Assembly: GCF_006345805.1 (NCBI RefSeq)
Contig: NC_043002.1
Location: forward strand, 111,786,001-111,850,000
Origin: Octopus sinensis
Lineage: Eukaryota
Direction: 5' to 3'
Length of the DNA stretch: 64,000 nucleotides
Made by a program: the position numbers and the translations under genes. Positions 25,118 to 37,744 of this stretch are shown here, in pieces; positions within the stretch are counted from its first letter, which is position 1; the number at the start of each line of letters is the position of its first letter. The notes below the pieces were generated by a model. The model had not been told where the DNA came from and searched no databases. It worked only from the letters and a program-made list of their open reading frames with translations.

Positions 25118-25456
25118 TGAAGGCGCATGGCTCAGTGGTTAGAGCGTCGAGCTTACGATCGTGAGGTTGTGAGCTCGAATCCCGGACCGGGCTGCGTGTT
25201 GTGTTCTTGAGCAAGGCACTTTATTTCACGTTGCTCCAGTTCACTCAGCTGTAGAAATGAGTTGTGATGTCACTGGTGCCAAGCTGTATCGGCCTTTGCC
25301 TTTTCCTTGGATAACACTGGTGGCGTAGAGAGGGTAGGCTGGTATGCATGGGCGACTGCTGGTCTTCCATAAACAACCTCGCCCGGACTTGTGTCTAGGA
25401 GGGTAACTTTCTAGGTGCAATCCCATGGTCTGTGTCATGACCGAAGGGGGTCTCCG
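25118..25456 (+). mobile_element. tRNA-derived SINE family D (single copy in this window)
   Basis: A box TGGCTCAGTGG, B-box-like GCTCGAATCC, central TTGAGCAAGGCACTT...CAGCTGTAGAAATGAGT; 10-bp TSD AGTCAGAATG (25108-25117 / 25457-25466). Confidence 0.85.
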
Positions 25457-25821
25457 AGTCAGAATGGAGAGGGCAAATCCGATGACTCCTTATGTTTTTC
25501 AGTGCTTCCAAGAGAACTGAAATGAAGGGGAGCAGTTATTCTGAAGCCTGAGAGCTGGCTTGTACTGTTGCCACAGAGTTATGGGACTCACTGGCTATAC
25601 TGTTTGTACTCGTGGATACGATGCATTATTTTATGCTTGATTTTATACTGACAAAAAACGGTAAAAATTATACATGAAAGAAAAAAAATTGTAATAAGAT
25701 CTGACATTAAATTCGAAGTGCGACTTCTACACGAGTAAGTAAAATGTATTACAACATATCACTCCTCATCGCTAGCCTAGCCAGTCGTTCTTACTTTTCA
25801 TCACAGGTATTCCAGCTGTGA

Positions 25822-25939
25822 GTGGAGGCGCAATGGCCCAGTGGTTAGGGCAGCGGACTCGTTAATTTCACGAGCGGGCTGTTCCGTTGATTCGGATCAA
25901 CCGGAACCCTCGTCGTCGTAACCGACTGAGTGCTTCCAC
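25822..25939 (+). mobile_element. Internally deleted SINE A
   Basis: Head joined directly to tail; 11-bp TSD TCCAGCTGTGA (25811-25821 / 25940-25950). Confidence 0.9.
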
Positions 25940-26140
25940 TCCAGCTGTGAACAACCCGTCTTTATCTTATGTAAAAAAAAAACAAAAAACAGGACCACTT
26001 TATTCATTGTATTCTTTTCTACAAGTGTGGAAATATAATTTAAGGGACATTAAGCTGTTATTTCTAACAGATCGAGTGATCACATTAAAGTTCCCTCACT
26101 GGTGGTTTGGTTGATGTTGCTGCTGTTCAGACCCATCTTA

Positions 26141-26508
26141 TGGAAGCACTCCGTCGGTTCCGACGATGAGGGTTCCGGTTGATCCGATCAACGGAACAGC
26201 CTGCTCGTGAAATTAACGTGTAAGTGGCTGAGCACTCCACAGACACATGTACCCTTAACGTAGTTCTCGGGGATATTCAGCGTGACACAGAGAGTGACAA
26301 GGCCGGCCCTTTGAAATACAGGTACAACAGAAACAGGAAGAAAGAGTGAGAGAAAGTTGTGGTGAAAGAGTACAGCAGGGATCACCACAATCCCCTGCCG
26401 GAGCCTCGTGGAACTTTTAGGTGTTTTCCCTCAATAAACACTCAAAACGCCCGGTCTGGGAATCGAAACCGCGATCCTATGACCGCGAGTCTGCTGCCCT
26501 AACCACTG
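26141..26508 (-). mobile_element. SINE family A, slightly 5'-truncated
   Basis: 12-bp TSD AGACCCATCTTA (26129-26140 / 26509-26520). Confidence 0.95.
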
Positions 26509-26989
26509 AGACCCATCTTAACCTTAACTGAAAAGATCTATACTCTAGCTATGACCGTCTCGTCTTTGTTTTTCGGATATTGTGATTAGGGTAGGAGTAC
26601 GTTATTCGCTGTGTTCCTTTCTATTTTAGACAGCAGGGTGTGTATATTCTAAGGAAGATTTGTTCGCTATTTCTATCAGTTAAAGCAAACACAACGAGAT
26701 TTCTTCGTTGACTTAAGAGCAATGATGTAGTGTGGTGACGTACATTGGTTACTGTTAAGCCCTAGAACAGCCCCAAATCAGCAGACTTATGATCAAAAGT
26801 ATTCAAGTCCTTTCCTGTTTTGTTTTGTGTATGCCTTCCCTCAGTTATACCCATCTCGATCGAGATGTTGCCGGCAACCAATCTTCATTTATGCATGCAT
26901 CACCGCACTGCACTTACAACTGGACTTTAGGCAGAAATTCGACCTAAGCACTCATAGTATGTATTATATCATTTGCCATCCTATTACAC

Positions 26990-27461
26990 ACAACACGTAC
27001 ACACACACACGCACACACATTTGCATGTATACATACATATATACACATACACGCCCACACATATACTATATATACACACACACGCCCACATATACTAACA
27101 TATTTGCATGCAAACACATACATACATACATAGATACATACATACATACATACATACATACGTACGTGCGTACGTACGTACATACGTACATACATATGTA
27201 CATGCATACATACATACATACATACATTCATACATACATTCATACATACATACATACATACATTCATACATACATACATTCATACATACATACATACATA
27301 CATACATACATACATACATACATACATACATACTTTCATACATACATACATACACACATACATACATACATACATACATACATACACACATACATACATA
27401 CATACATACACACACATACATACATACATACATACATACATACGTACGTACGTACATACAT

Positions 27462-27498
<37 letters not shown>

Positions 27499-27740
27499 TA
27501 CATACCTACATACCTACATACATACATACATACATACATACATACATACATACACATACATACATACATACAATACATACATACATACATACATACATAC
27601 ATACATACACACATACATACATACATACATACATACATACATACACATACATACATACCTACCTACATACATACATACATACATACATATATACATATAT
27701 ACATACATACATACATGCATACATACATACATACATACAT

Positions 27741-27787
<47 letters not shown>

Positions 27788-27810
27788 TACATACATACAT
27801 ACATACATAC
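26990..27810. repeat. (CATA)n compound microsatellite
   Basis: Tandem CATA/CACA units; source of the HTYI ORFs. Confidence 0.97.
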
Positions 27811-28372
27811 ATTGAAGCATGCCTCTTATCGAGGTGAAAAATCAGCAAATAAACAGTTTCAAATATTCATTCACTTTTGGCGTTATCTACAAATCGTTTA
27901 TGCAAATTGCAACGATTTCCAGCAAAGAAATAAAGAATAAATAGAAAAAACAAATTAGCACTTCTTTTCAATGGTGTGAGTTAATATCTTGTACACTGAC
28001 ATTTGTTGATATTTTCAAACTCGCAAATTTATAGCAAACTTCTGTGAAGCTTGTCTAAAAGGTTAAAGAATAAATTATAGAGTTTATGGTGGAGGCTGGA
28101 TGTTTACAAGACAGATGTAATAGCCAAGGTTTCTGTTCTAATTCATGCACACGTGATGCATTTTTAATCAATTATGTCAGTTCAACACAAACTCTATTTC
28201 ACGTTATTCTTCCATTATATTTTATTGTTCTTTCATCGTATCGATTTTTTTTTCAAATAAACATATTTTTTTCTGTTGGGACTTTGTTCATAGTCGACTG
28301 AAACGATCCTATTTCACTTCACTCTTGCAAATACAAAGCTCTGACGTCAGTAAGGAAGTATTTCCACATATT

Positions 28373-28775
28373 GGATGGAAGCACTCCGTCGGTTACGACG
28401 ACGAGGGTTCCGGTTGATCCGATCAAACGGAACAGCCTGCTCGAGAAATTAACGTGTAAGTGACTGAGCACTCCACAGACACGTGTACCCTTAACGTAGT
28501 TCTCGGGGATATTCACCATGACACAGAGAGTGACAAGGCCGGCCCCTTGAAATACAAGTACAACAGAAACAGGAAGTAAGAGTGAGAGAAAGTTGTGGTG
28601 AAAGAGTACAGCAGGGATCACCACCATCCCCTGCCGGAGCCTCGTGGAGCTTTTAGGTGTTTTCGCTCAATAAACACTCACAACGCCCGGTCTGGGAATC
28701 GAAACCGCGATCCTACGACCGCGATCCTACGACCGCGAGTCCGCTGCTCTAACCACTGGGCCATTGCGCCTCCAC
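28373..28775 (-). mobile_element. SINE family A
   Basis: 11-bp TSD TTCCACATATT (28362-28372 / 28776-28786); internal 14-bp duplication in the head. Confidence 0.93.
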
Positions 28776-29335
28776 TTCCACATATTTATAGTAGGATGGA
28801 ATGAAACTGAAATTTATGTTTTTCCGAAGGACTTTATTTGTGGGAGAAAAGTGAAAATGGCTCGTATCAGCAATCTAAATAACTCTGACGATTGGAGCTT
28901 TGGTTCGACAACATCCAAACCAATAAAAATAGTAACAATATTGGTTACTAAGTTTAGTAGAAGCTCAACAATTTGGAGTGAGGGACTGGTCGATAGAATC
29001 GTCCTAGTACGAGACTGGGAATTTATTTTATCGACCTTGAAAGGATGAACAGTAAAGTTGGCCTCAATAGAATCGCTAACAATTCTGCCAACTTGCCGCT
29101 TTGTGGACGATAAGTGACAGAGGCACTTGGAATTATGACAAGCCAATTTGAGAAGTAGCTTGGCAAACTTGGACTCACTATCAAGGCCTAGATGCTCCAG
29201 AAAACATCATTGCTCGGAATAGCCAAGATTTTTGAGAAGAGTTATGTCAATATCATTAGTTACGATCCGCTCCTAATCAAATGATATCGATATACAATCA
29301 GCCTGGGAAATGTGATGATAACAATGATAACAATG

Positions 29336-29820
29336 TTTTCTTTATTAATCACCAACAGCCTACCAAAAGGTCATGGACGGCATAGGACGATACAATGCAA
29401 TTCATTATAGGTTTGCATAAAATAAATGCACATAAACAGTAAAATAAAAGAAAGAGAGAACAAAATATTCAATAAAGAAATTATTCTTCCATAAATGCAA
29501 CCTTCTGGAGCTGATCGTGGAAAGCCACGGTCACCCTGACCACTAGAGCAAGTACTCGCTCCCTTCTATGCCTCTTCCTCAATCTATAAGCGCGTGCTCA
29601 GAGCAGGTTCGTACACTTGGACCATTCTTGCCACTCTCCATTTTCAGTTTCTTTTTTGATTGGAACTTGAAAGAGTCGATGAAGACTTGGCCGAAGAGGG
29701 ATGTATCAGTCTTCATCCCTTCCTGTCTCGTCCAGCATATAACCTCCTTCGCTAAGGCCATCAGACAGACTTTTCCTTTCCGGCCAAAGGAAGGCTGCAG
29801 GACGATCTTCACTATGTCGC
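29336..29820 (-). mobile_element. 3' end of a Tx1/L1-type LINE (decayed)
   Basis: CLMALAKEVICWTRQEGMKTDTSLFGQVFIDSFKFQSKKKLKME; 3'UTR ends TTAATAAAGAAAA. Confidence 0.75.
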
Positions 29821-30029
29821 GCCCGCGCGTGTGTGTGTGTGTATGCGTGTAGAATTCGAAATGTGTATGTCTGGTTTTTTGGCAGAGTCGTTAGCGTGTC
29901 AGTCAAAATGCTTCGTTCTGACTCATTGTACTCAGCGTTCAAATCCCGTTGAGGTCAACTTTCCTTTTCATCATTTCCGGATCGAGAAAAAAATTACCAC
30001 TCCAAAGCAGTGGAGTGGCAGAACTGTAA

Positions 30030-30177
30030 GGACACACACACATATACACATACATACATACATACATACATACATACATACATACATACATACATACATG
30101 CATGCATACATACATACATACATACATACATACATACATGCACACACACACACACATACATACATACATACATGCAT

Positions 30178-30208
<31 letters not shown>

Positions 30209-30294
30209 TACATACATACATACATACATACATACATACATACATACATACATACATACACACATACATGCATGCATACATACATACATACATG
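30030..30294. repeat. (CATA)n microsatellite, left half of the array split by the CR1 insertion
   Basis: The same array continues at 31749-32196. Confidence 0.95.
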
Positions 30295-31748
30295 TTAGTT
30301 AGTTAGTTAATTTGGCTCAAAAGCAAGTAGCAAGGCCATGTAGGGGGACATGGAGTTAAGTACAGGGTGGTGTTCATGTAAAGAGTTCAGGCCACTTGAG
30401 GTCAAGGGAGGCTTTGAACAAAGCGGTCGTCGGCATCTTCACCATCTCGTCTGGCAGTTTGTTCCACGGATCCGCAACCCGGACGGAGAAAGCTCCTCTC
30501 CTTCGATTGAGATGAAATCGTCGCAGGTAGAGCTTTTCGGAATGACCCCGCAGCCGACGTTCTCGAGCAGGAGTGAAGAACAGCTCTTTCGAGAGGTTAC
30601 ACTTTCCGCTTATGATGTTGTGGGCGAGAATGAGATCACCACGGCGGCGGCGTTTTTCAAGAGAATAAAGGTCGAGCGTCCTCAGCCTTTCTTCATAGGA
30701 CAAATTTTTGAGACCATGAACCATGCGGGTAGCCAGCTTCTGGACTCTTTCGAGATGCTGTATGTCTTTGAGGAGATAAGGAGAAGAAGCTTGAATCCCG
30801 TACTCCAATATGGGTCTCACCAGCGTGACATAGAGTGGTAGGAATATGGCTGTTGTGAGCATTCCGAATGACCGTCGAATCAAGAACAGAATTCCGCGTG
30901 CTTTGTTGGCAGCATGGACGCACTGGGCCGAAGGCGAAAAGGAGGAATCCACCAAGATACCCAGGTCCTTTACCTGATCGGTCCTCTCCAGCAGCAGACG
31001 ACCCGGCTCGAAATCAAGTTGAATTGCAGGAGGAGAGCCAACAGGCAGATGACAGCACTTTGACACGTTCAGACACAGGTCCCATTCGTTAGACCACTTC
31101 CAAATTTGGTGGAGGCATCGACGAAGATCCTCTATATCACCGCGAGGAGCGACCAGTTTGATATCGTCGGCAAATAGAAGGGTGTGTTGCGTGAGGTCGT
31201 CGGGCAAGTCATTTATGAAGACTAAGAACAATAAGGGCCCAAGCACTGAACCTTGAGGCACGCTACTGCTCGCACTGGAGACGTCGGACCGCGAACCATT
31301 AACTTGGACTTGGAAGGAGCGATCTGAGAGGAAGGCACCAACCCATCGTACAATATCCGGATGGAAACTATATGCTTGAAGCTTGACAAGTAATAGGCGG
31401 TGGTTTACCGAGTCAAAAGCTTTGGCAAAGTCCAATAAAACGATGTCAACAGCATCACTATCATCGAGGATGCGCGTCACCAATTCTTCCATTACCAGTA
31501 AGTTGGTCAAGCATGATCTCTTCGGCACGAAGCCGTGTTGGGAATCAGAGATAGAGGCTGTGTTTTGGAGGTGGAGCATCATACTTTTCTTAAGGATGGT
31601 TTCGAACATCTTGCTGATTATTGATGTAAGGGAAACCGGTCGGTAGTTAAGCGGGTCTTCGCGGCTCCCTTTCTTGGAAATTGGGCAGATTATCGCTGTT
31701 CTCCAGTCCGCAGGTATAACACCCGGCGCCAATGACATATTGAATAGA
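30295..31748 (-). mobile_element. 5'-truncated CR1-clade LINE, young copy
   Basis: Open RT frame, 3'UTR hairpin CCATGT-CCCCCT-ACATGG (30336-30353), (TAAC)n tail and 20-bp direct repeat (CATA)4CATG at 30275-30294 / 31749-31768. Confidence 0.93.
30374..31738 (-). CDS. CR1-type reverse transcriptase, N-terminally truncated ORF2 (454 aa from the first internal Met; no endonuclease domain)
   Basis: NYRPVSLTS, QHGF...RSCLTNL, LDFAKAFDSV, PQGSVLGPLLF, LFADD, KDLG, RPILEY, ERVQ, RRRRGDLI, RGH, WNKLP; no stops or frameshifts. Confidence 0.9.
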   Translation of the reverse strand: MSLAPGVIPADWRTAIICPISKKGSREDPLNYRPVSLTSIISKMFETILKKSMMLHLQNTASISDSQHGFVPKRSCLTNLLVMEELVTRILDDSDAVDIVLLDFAKAFDSVNHRLLLVKLQAYSFHPDIVRWVGAFLSDRSFQVQVNGSRSDVSSASSSVPQGSVLGPLLFLVFINDLPDDLTQHTLLFADDIKLVAPRGDIEDLRRCLHQIWKWSNEWDLCLNVSKCCHLPVGSPPAIQLDFEPGRLLLERTDQVKDLGILVDSSFSPSAQCVHAANKARGILFLIRRSFGMLTTAIFLPLYVTLVRPILEYGIQASSPYLLKDIQHLERVQKLATRMVHGLKNLSYEERLRTLDLYSLEKRRRRGDLILAHNIISGKCNLSKELFFTPARERRLRGHSEKLYLRRFHLNRRRGAFSVRVADPWNKLPDEMVKMPTTALFKASLDLKWPELFT

Positions 31749-31851
31749 CATACATACATACATACATGCATACATGCATGCATACATACACACACACATA
31801 CATACACACACACATACATACATACATACATACATACATGCATGCATACAT

Positions 31852-31884
<33 letters not shown>

Positions 31885-32056
31885 TACATACATACATACA
31901 TACATACATAACATACATACATACACACACACACACATACATACATACATACATACATACATGCATACATACATACACACACACACACACATACATACAT
32001 ATATACATACATACATACATGCATACATGCATGCATACATACACACACACATACAT

Positions 32057-32087
<31 letters not shown>

Positions 32088-32196
32088 TACATACATACAT
32101 ACATACATACATACATACATGCATGCATACATACACACACACATACATACATACATACATACATACATACATACATACATACATACATACATACAT
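31749..32196. repeat. (CATA)n microsatellite, right half
   Basis: Tandem units; supplies the MYVC N-terminus of the 604-aa track ORF. Confidence 0.96.
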
Positions 32197-32446
32197 GTAT
32201 ATGTTTATGTGAGTGCGTGTATGTGTGTGCGTATAAAAATGGAATAAATGTAAGAGCTAATTCTTTGCGCTTAATTTTGTCTTTATTTTGTTCTCTGTTT
32301 TATTTAAATATATAAATTCGTATATCTGGATTAGATGGTTTGTTGTATAGACATATATACACACACTCGAACGTGCATATATGCAAATATATATATATGT
32401 GTGTGTATGTGTATTACGTATATGTTTATCTACTTATATATCCCTG

Positions 32447-32489
<43 letters not shown>

Positions 32490-32606
32490 TATATATATAT
32501 ATATACTACTAACAATATAGGATGAAGTCCCTTTCTCTACAGAAAAGGATTTCATCAAAAAGCGTGGCAGTATATTTAAAAAAACCTTTACGGTTGAAGT
32601 ATAAAC

Positions 32607-32846
32607 ATCTTATAATTAAGGGCTAAAGAAGGTTATTCTAAAGCCAATACACTGATTTATCCACTTATAATCCCCTTGTTACAGGAAAATTGAACTGAAA
32701 GCGGGCAACTAACCTTTAGAAAATTTAAATTTTCTAAAGGTTAGTTGCCCGCTTTCAGTTCAATTTTCCTGTAACAAGTGGATTATAAGTGGATAAATCA
32801 GTGTATTGGCTTTAGAATAACCTTCTTTAGCCCTTAATTATAAGAT
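32607..32846. repeat. 240-bp spacerless palindrome
   Basis: 120-bp arms with centre AGAAAATTT|AAATTTTCT at 32726/32727; one mismatch by manual alignment. Confidence 0.93.
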
Positions 32847-33169
32847 ATATATATATATTATATATATAATATATATATATATATATTATATATATATATA
32901 CGGTGGTTGTCTACTCCTTATGCATAGTCTGACCACCTCCTGTACCTATACATCAGATCAATCAAGGCGTTTAATGTGGCTTTTTAAAGCAGATGATGTT
33001 TTGAAAAGACACCTACATAGATTGCATATCTGATTTGGACCACCAAGCGATACAGTTAAGTTCTAGTCTTTGTGGATCTTAAAATGTCTTTTGAGGCCAC
33101 AGTTAGAGTTTCAGACCATATGGCATACATGGCATTGAAAGGTGTGCACAAACACATATGTAGAATAAT

Positions 33170-36144
33170 TGGTGTAGGTTCAGTTTTCATGGATCCGTAA
33201 ATGAGATTTGAGCCCAGCAAAAAAAAAAAAAGGCATGGTCTGTCACAAACTGTGCACACAGAAAGGTCATTGGGATTCAGCTTTTCGATAGTAACATTCT
33301 TCTTTAATCTTGCATGCTTTATCCTGGCTTTTTTCAAACGCTTTCACTCCACTCCCCACTTTTGTTCGCCTTCCAGCTCGATCTGAAGCAAGGGTTTCTA
33401 TGTCATCTAGATCCATTTCCAAGTGGCTTCATAGTAGATCTTCTGCCGGCTTCAAATCTCTTTTTAAGCTTATACCGATGGCGTTTCCCCTCTGCAAGCT
33501 CACCATAACACAGCTGTTTGGGTGTGCGTTCATCCGCCATTCGAACAATATGGCCACACCATCTTATTTGGTTTTTCAGAATCACCGCTTTAATTGAAGT
33601 ACGTCTGCAGACTCACGGACATCTGTGTTTGGAGTAAGAGAACTCCGTTTAATGTTTAAAATTCGACGAAGGCATTTTTGGTGGACTTGTTCTAACAATC
33701 TGAAATGTCTTTCATAACATGCCCAAGTCTCAGAGGAATGCAGCAGGGTTAGCAAGACAAATGATTTGTAAAGAACCAATTTTGTGTTGTTATTTATATG
33801 TCTTTGGCACCAAACGCGTGACTCTAAACCATCAAATGTTTGTGCTGCCCTGTTTGTACATTCGCAGATTATTTCTGTGTCCAGATTTCCATCATTTTAT
33901 GCAGAGCTTCCGTGGTAGATGAAAAAGTCAAGTAAATTTTAGTTGGGTAGCAAACAACACTACGTGCAGGTTGATAGATTACAACGTTTTTTCAAGTTAA
34001 TAAGTCAAGCCAAAATCGTCACAAACTGTGTCAAATGCAGATGCAAAAGATTGCAGACCAGTTTCAGAATGACTGACCAGATCGCAATCGTCAGGGTATA
34101 AGTGTTCCCTAATTAGTGAAGTGAAAACCCTTGTTTTGAATTTCAGTCTGGTCAGATTAAAAACATTCCCTGTTGTTCGATATTTTATGTATATACCCCA
34201 CTCGGAGTTTTGAAAAGCGCGTGAAAGCACGACAGCAAAGTATATTGCAAAGAGGGTGGGTGCTTTACTCCATTTTCCACGGCAAAAGATTCAGAAAGTC
34301 CACCACCAAAATTAACTCTAGCTTTCATATCATGATGCAAAGCCCTTGTTTACAAATTTTTCTGAACAACCTATTTTTCTTAGAATTAGCAACAGAGCAT
34401 TTCGATTAACAGAATCGAATGCTTTGCTCAAATCAACACGGCAACGGTATAGGGCAAGATATTGTTCAATGCACTTTTCCTGAAATTGTCTGATAATAAA
34501 GATACAATCAGCTGTGCCCCTGGAGGAACGAAAATCACACTAAGACTCAGGCACTATATTTGGAACTATGAAGGTATTTAAATGTTCTAACAAAATGCAG
34601 GCAAGTACCTTTCCAGCCACAGACAAAAGCGAAATCCCACGAAAATTACTACACAGATCCTTTGGCCCTGATTTATATAAGGAGATTAAAATGACATCAA
34701 TCCAGTCTTGAGGCACTTTCTCAGTTCTCCAACAGTGACAAATTAATATATTTAAGAGTTCAAACATTTTGTCACTCCCATATTTCAAGACTTCTGCACA
34801 GATTCCATCAGACCCTGGAGACTTATTGTTATTCAGCTTAGTCACAGCTACATAAATGTCATTTAGAGTTGGTTCAAATACAATCTCCTCTATAACTGGA
34901 AGGTGTTCGATTTTTTCAATCATCCTCATGTCAACGGGTGATGTTCTATTCAAAAGTGCAGGAAAATGTTCTACCCAGCGCTTACGAATAGAAACGGTGT
35001 CAGTCAGAAACAAATGTTCATTTGCTGCACCCACTAGAGCTATTGAAGAAAATTCGGAGCCATATACCTCCTTAAAATAAAAGTACAAACCCTTCGCGTC
35101 ATTTCTATCAGCTACTTTTTGTGCCCCTTTTGTTCTATCATTCCACCATTCCTGTTTAATTTCTCGTAGAGCAGTCTGCACTTTCCCTTTCAGCTTTCTG
35201 TAAGATTCGTTTGAGTTGGGGGTTCAAGTACTAAGAAAGAAGTGTATTGCCTAAGTTTTGTTTTTCTAAAAGTAGATCAGGAATTTCAGACAAATGTCTA
35301 AGACAAATGTCTGAGAACCAGTCACTGGTCTTACGCGATTTAAATTCCACTGACTAACTTGCAGTCTGAAATATTTTTGCTTTGAAATCTTCCCATAGAT
35401 TGTTTAGGTCACGATTGATACTTTCTATAGCACCGTAGAATCTTTGCAAGCTGCTTGGTAATTTGAAGTTGGCAACATTTAACTATTTGGGTACCTTAGG
35501 ACCAGACTGTCAATTTTTAGGCATTATCGAAAAATTTGTTTTTCCACGCACTAGACGATGGTCAGTCCAGCTCTCTGCTCCTCTCATGACCGAACACTCG
35601 AAACATCTTTCATATCACGCTTTCTGATTAAAATATAATCTATGAGATTCCAGTCCTTAGATCTTGGGTGCATCCAGGTGGTTTTATATTTATTTTTCTG
35701 CTTAAACAGAGTGTTGGTGACAACCAGATTATTCTCAGTACAAAATGTCACACTCCATTTTTATTACATTTTCCGATCCCATGTCGACCTAAAACAGGCC
35801 ATGAAACGTAGTATGACCAGCTTGTCAGAAATTGGTACTTTCCTCAATAATTGCACGAGATCCTCATAAAATTGCCCCACATCTTCATCAGAATGAAATA
35901 CTGTTGGTGCATAAATACTGACAACAGTAAGAAACTCATCTTTTGTCAATTTTATGAAGCATGACATGGTTCGATCTGAAACACCTCTTGGAAATTCTGT
36001 AGTGGAGGATACTAATGAATTCTTGAGAGAAAACCCAACACCAGATTCTCTATGCTGACCCCCAGGCAGGCATCTCCAGTAGATAGTATATTTGACCCTC
36101 ACCAGAGAGACGAGTTTCAAAGAGCGCAATTATATCATAAAACC
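33170..36144 (-). mobile_element. Decayed RTE-clade LINE (APE endonuclease + RT + C-terminal C2H2 finger)
   Basis: ETRL, SGVGF, VSIYAPT, WMHPRSK...IDYILIR, TDHRLV, KSPGSDGI, NFRGISLLSVAGK, IRWCGHIVRM and CTVCDRPC...AGLKSHLRIH (stop about 33180); many frameshifts and stops. Confidence 0.88.
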
Positions 36145-36536
36145 GTATGTATGTATGTATGTATGTATGTATGTATATAAAGCAGAAGTTCTCTGCATCT
36201 GCAATCCAAATTTAGCATCTCACCAATCTTTCGGTACACTACGTTCAAGCTACTCATCAACATAGAAATTAGATGGTGTTTATTGCTATTATTTTAGTAT
36301 CATCAAATCTCCGACTAAATAACATTATTTACAGAGACTTAAAATCTTCTTCATAATCTTGTGACCCTGTAGCATTCCACAGAATGTTATTCTTAAGTAA
36401 AGTTCGTAAATTTGAAGGAATTTGTATAACCGTGGGTGGTTGGAGGACTTGTGAGTTGAAGTGTGGGACAAAATCTTTAGTGTGAATAAACTACTTCCTA
36501 TTTACATCTCGCTTCTTTCGCTTTCTCTCTCCTTTT

Positions 36537-36570
<34 letters not shown>

Positions 36571-37074
36571 GCAGCAGCAGCAGCAGCAGCATCAGCAACA
36601 ACAACAACAACAACAACAACAATAATAATAATAATAATAGAGGCTGATTGCTTCCTAGCACAGATAGCAGGAAATCCCAAAATGGAAGAAATTCAAAAAT
36701 TAGTGTTCATACGAACTGTTCATACCCTTCGTAAAATATTGATTGTGTAATCCCCAAAGCATTTTAATTAATAAACAGTGTTAAAATACAGTGTTAAAAT
36801 GTCTATAATAGCAAACACCTTTTACTGTCACCTTAACATCAGAATATCATCTTATAATCAAATTACTTTTAAAACAAACTTTTAATTTACTTATGTTCTG
36901 AGAGACATTCTTTATAACAATACTCTGTGCAAAACCAAATATATGGCTCCCTGGTCATAACACTGACTTGTGCTTCTAACTTATTGTCTCTTGAGGTCTC
37001 TGGGTGAGACTTGCAGTCAACGTGTACAAACACAAAGCTAAAGCCAAACATATAACAATAATGATAATCCTTTC

Positions 37075-37210
37075 TACTATATGCACAAGGCCTGAAATTT
37101 GGGGGAAGGGGCAAGTCGATTACATCGACCCCAGTGTGTGACTGGTCCTTAATTCATCGACCCCGAAATGATGTGAGATAAAGAAGACCTCGGCGGAATT
37201 TGAACTCATA
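37075..37210 (-). mobile_element. SINE B2 fragment
   Basis: Partial core and CCCCAAATTTCAGGCCTTGTGC tail. Confidence 0.7.
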
Positions 37211-37744
37211 ATGATAATAATAACAACAACAACAACAACAAGTACAAAACGACGATTGGGTCTAACCGAACGAATAATAGAATCTACTTGGCCAAGATAC
37301 TGCGTTGTGAAGTGAGATCGAACACCGAACCACTCGACTGCCGAATTAATGTTTTCAGTATACATCTCTGAGCCTGTGATCAGTAATGCCACTCACTTCG
37401 TTATACACACCTTTACTTGTTCCAGTTAATGGCTGGATGTAGCTATTCTGGAACACTACAATTACCATCTATTCTATAAAAAAGAATGTTGCTGATTTAT
37501 TAGTTTGGACTACATAACTCTTAATAAAATAGAGCAATTATTAAAGTTTATGTAGAAAATTCTAATATATTCCAGTGTGGTTTGCCATCTTTTGTAACTG
37601 AACATTCCAAGGACACGAGTCAATCACAAAACTAATTTTTATTCAATGCGTTATAGTTATCCTACACTGCGGAATATACTTTTTCTAGAAATATAAATGT
37701 TGCCTAAATATTTACACCGCTACTTTGGACAGACATATCAGTAG

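Noticed and set aside
30374-32188. 604-aa ORF as a full-length RT gene or part of a retron/DGR-like system
   Set aside because: The N-terminal part (about 146 aa) is microsatellite. The rest is a 5'-truncated CR1 ORF2 with LINE tail and TSD; there is no prokaryotic context, template repeat or msr/msd.
36321-36356. NIIYRDLKSS, resembling a kinase catalytic loop
   Set aside because: A stop follows immediately, with no DFG or other kinase subdomain nearby and no good donor site; treated as chance or an unresolvable relic.
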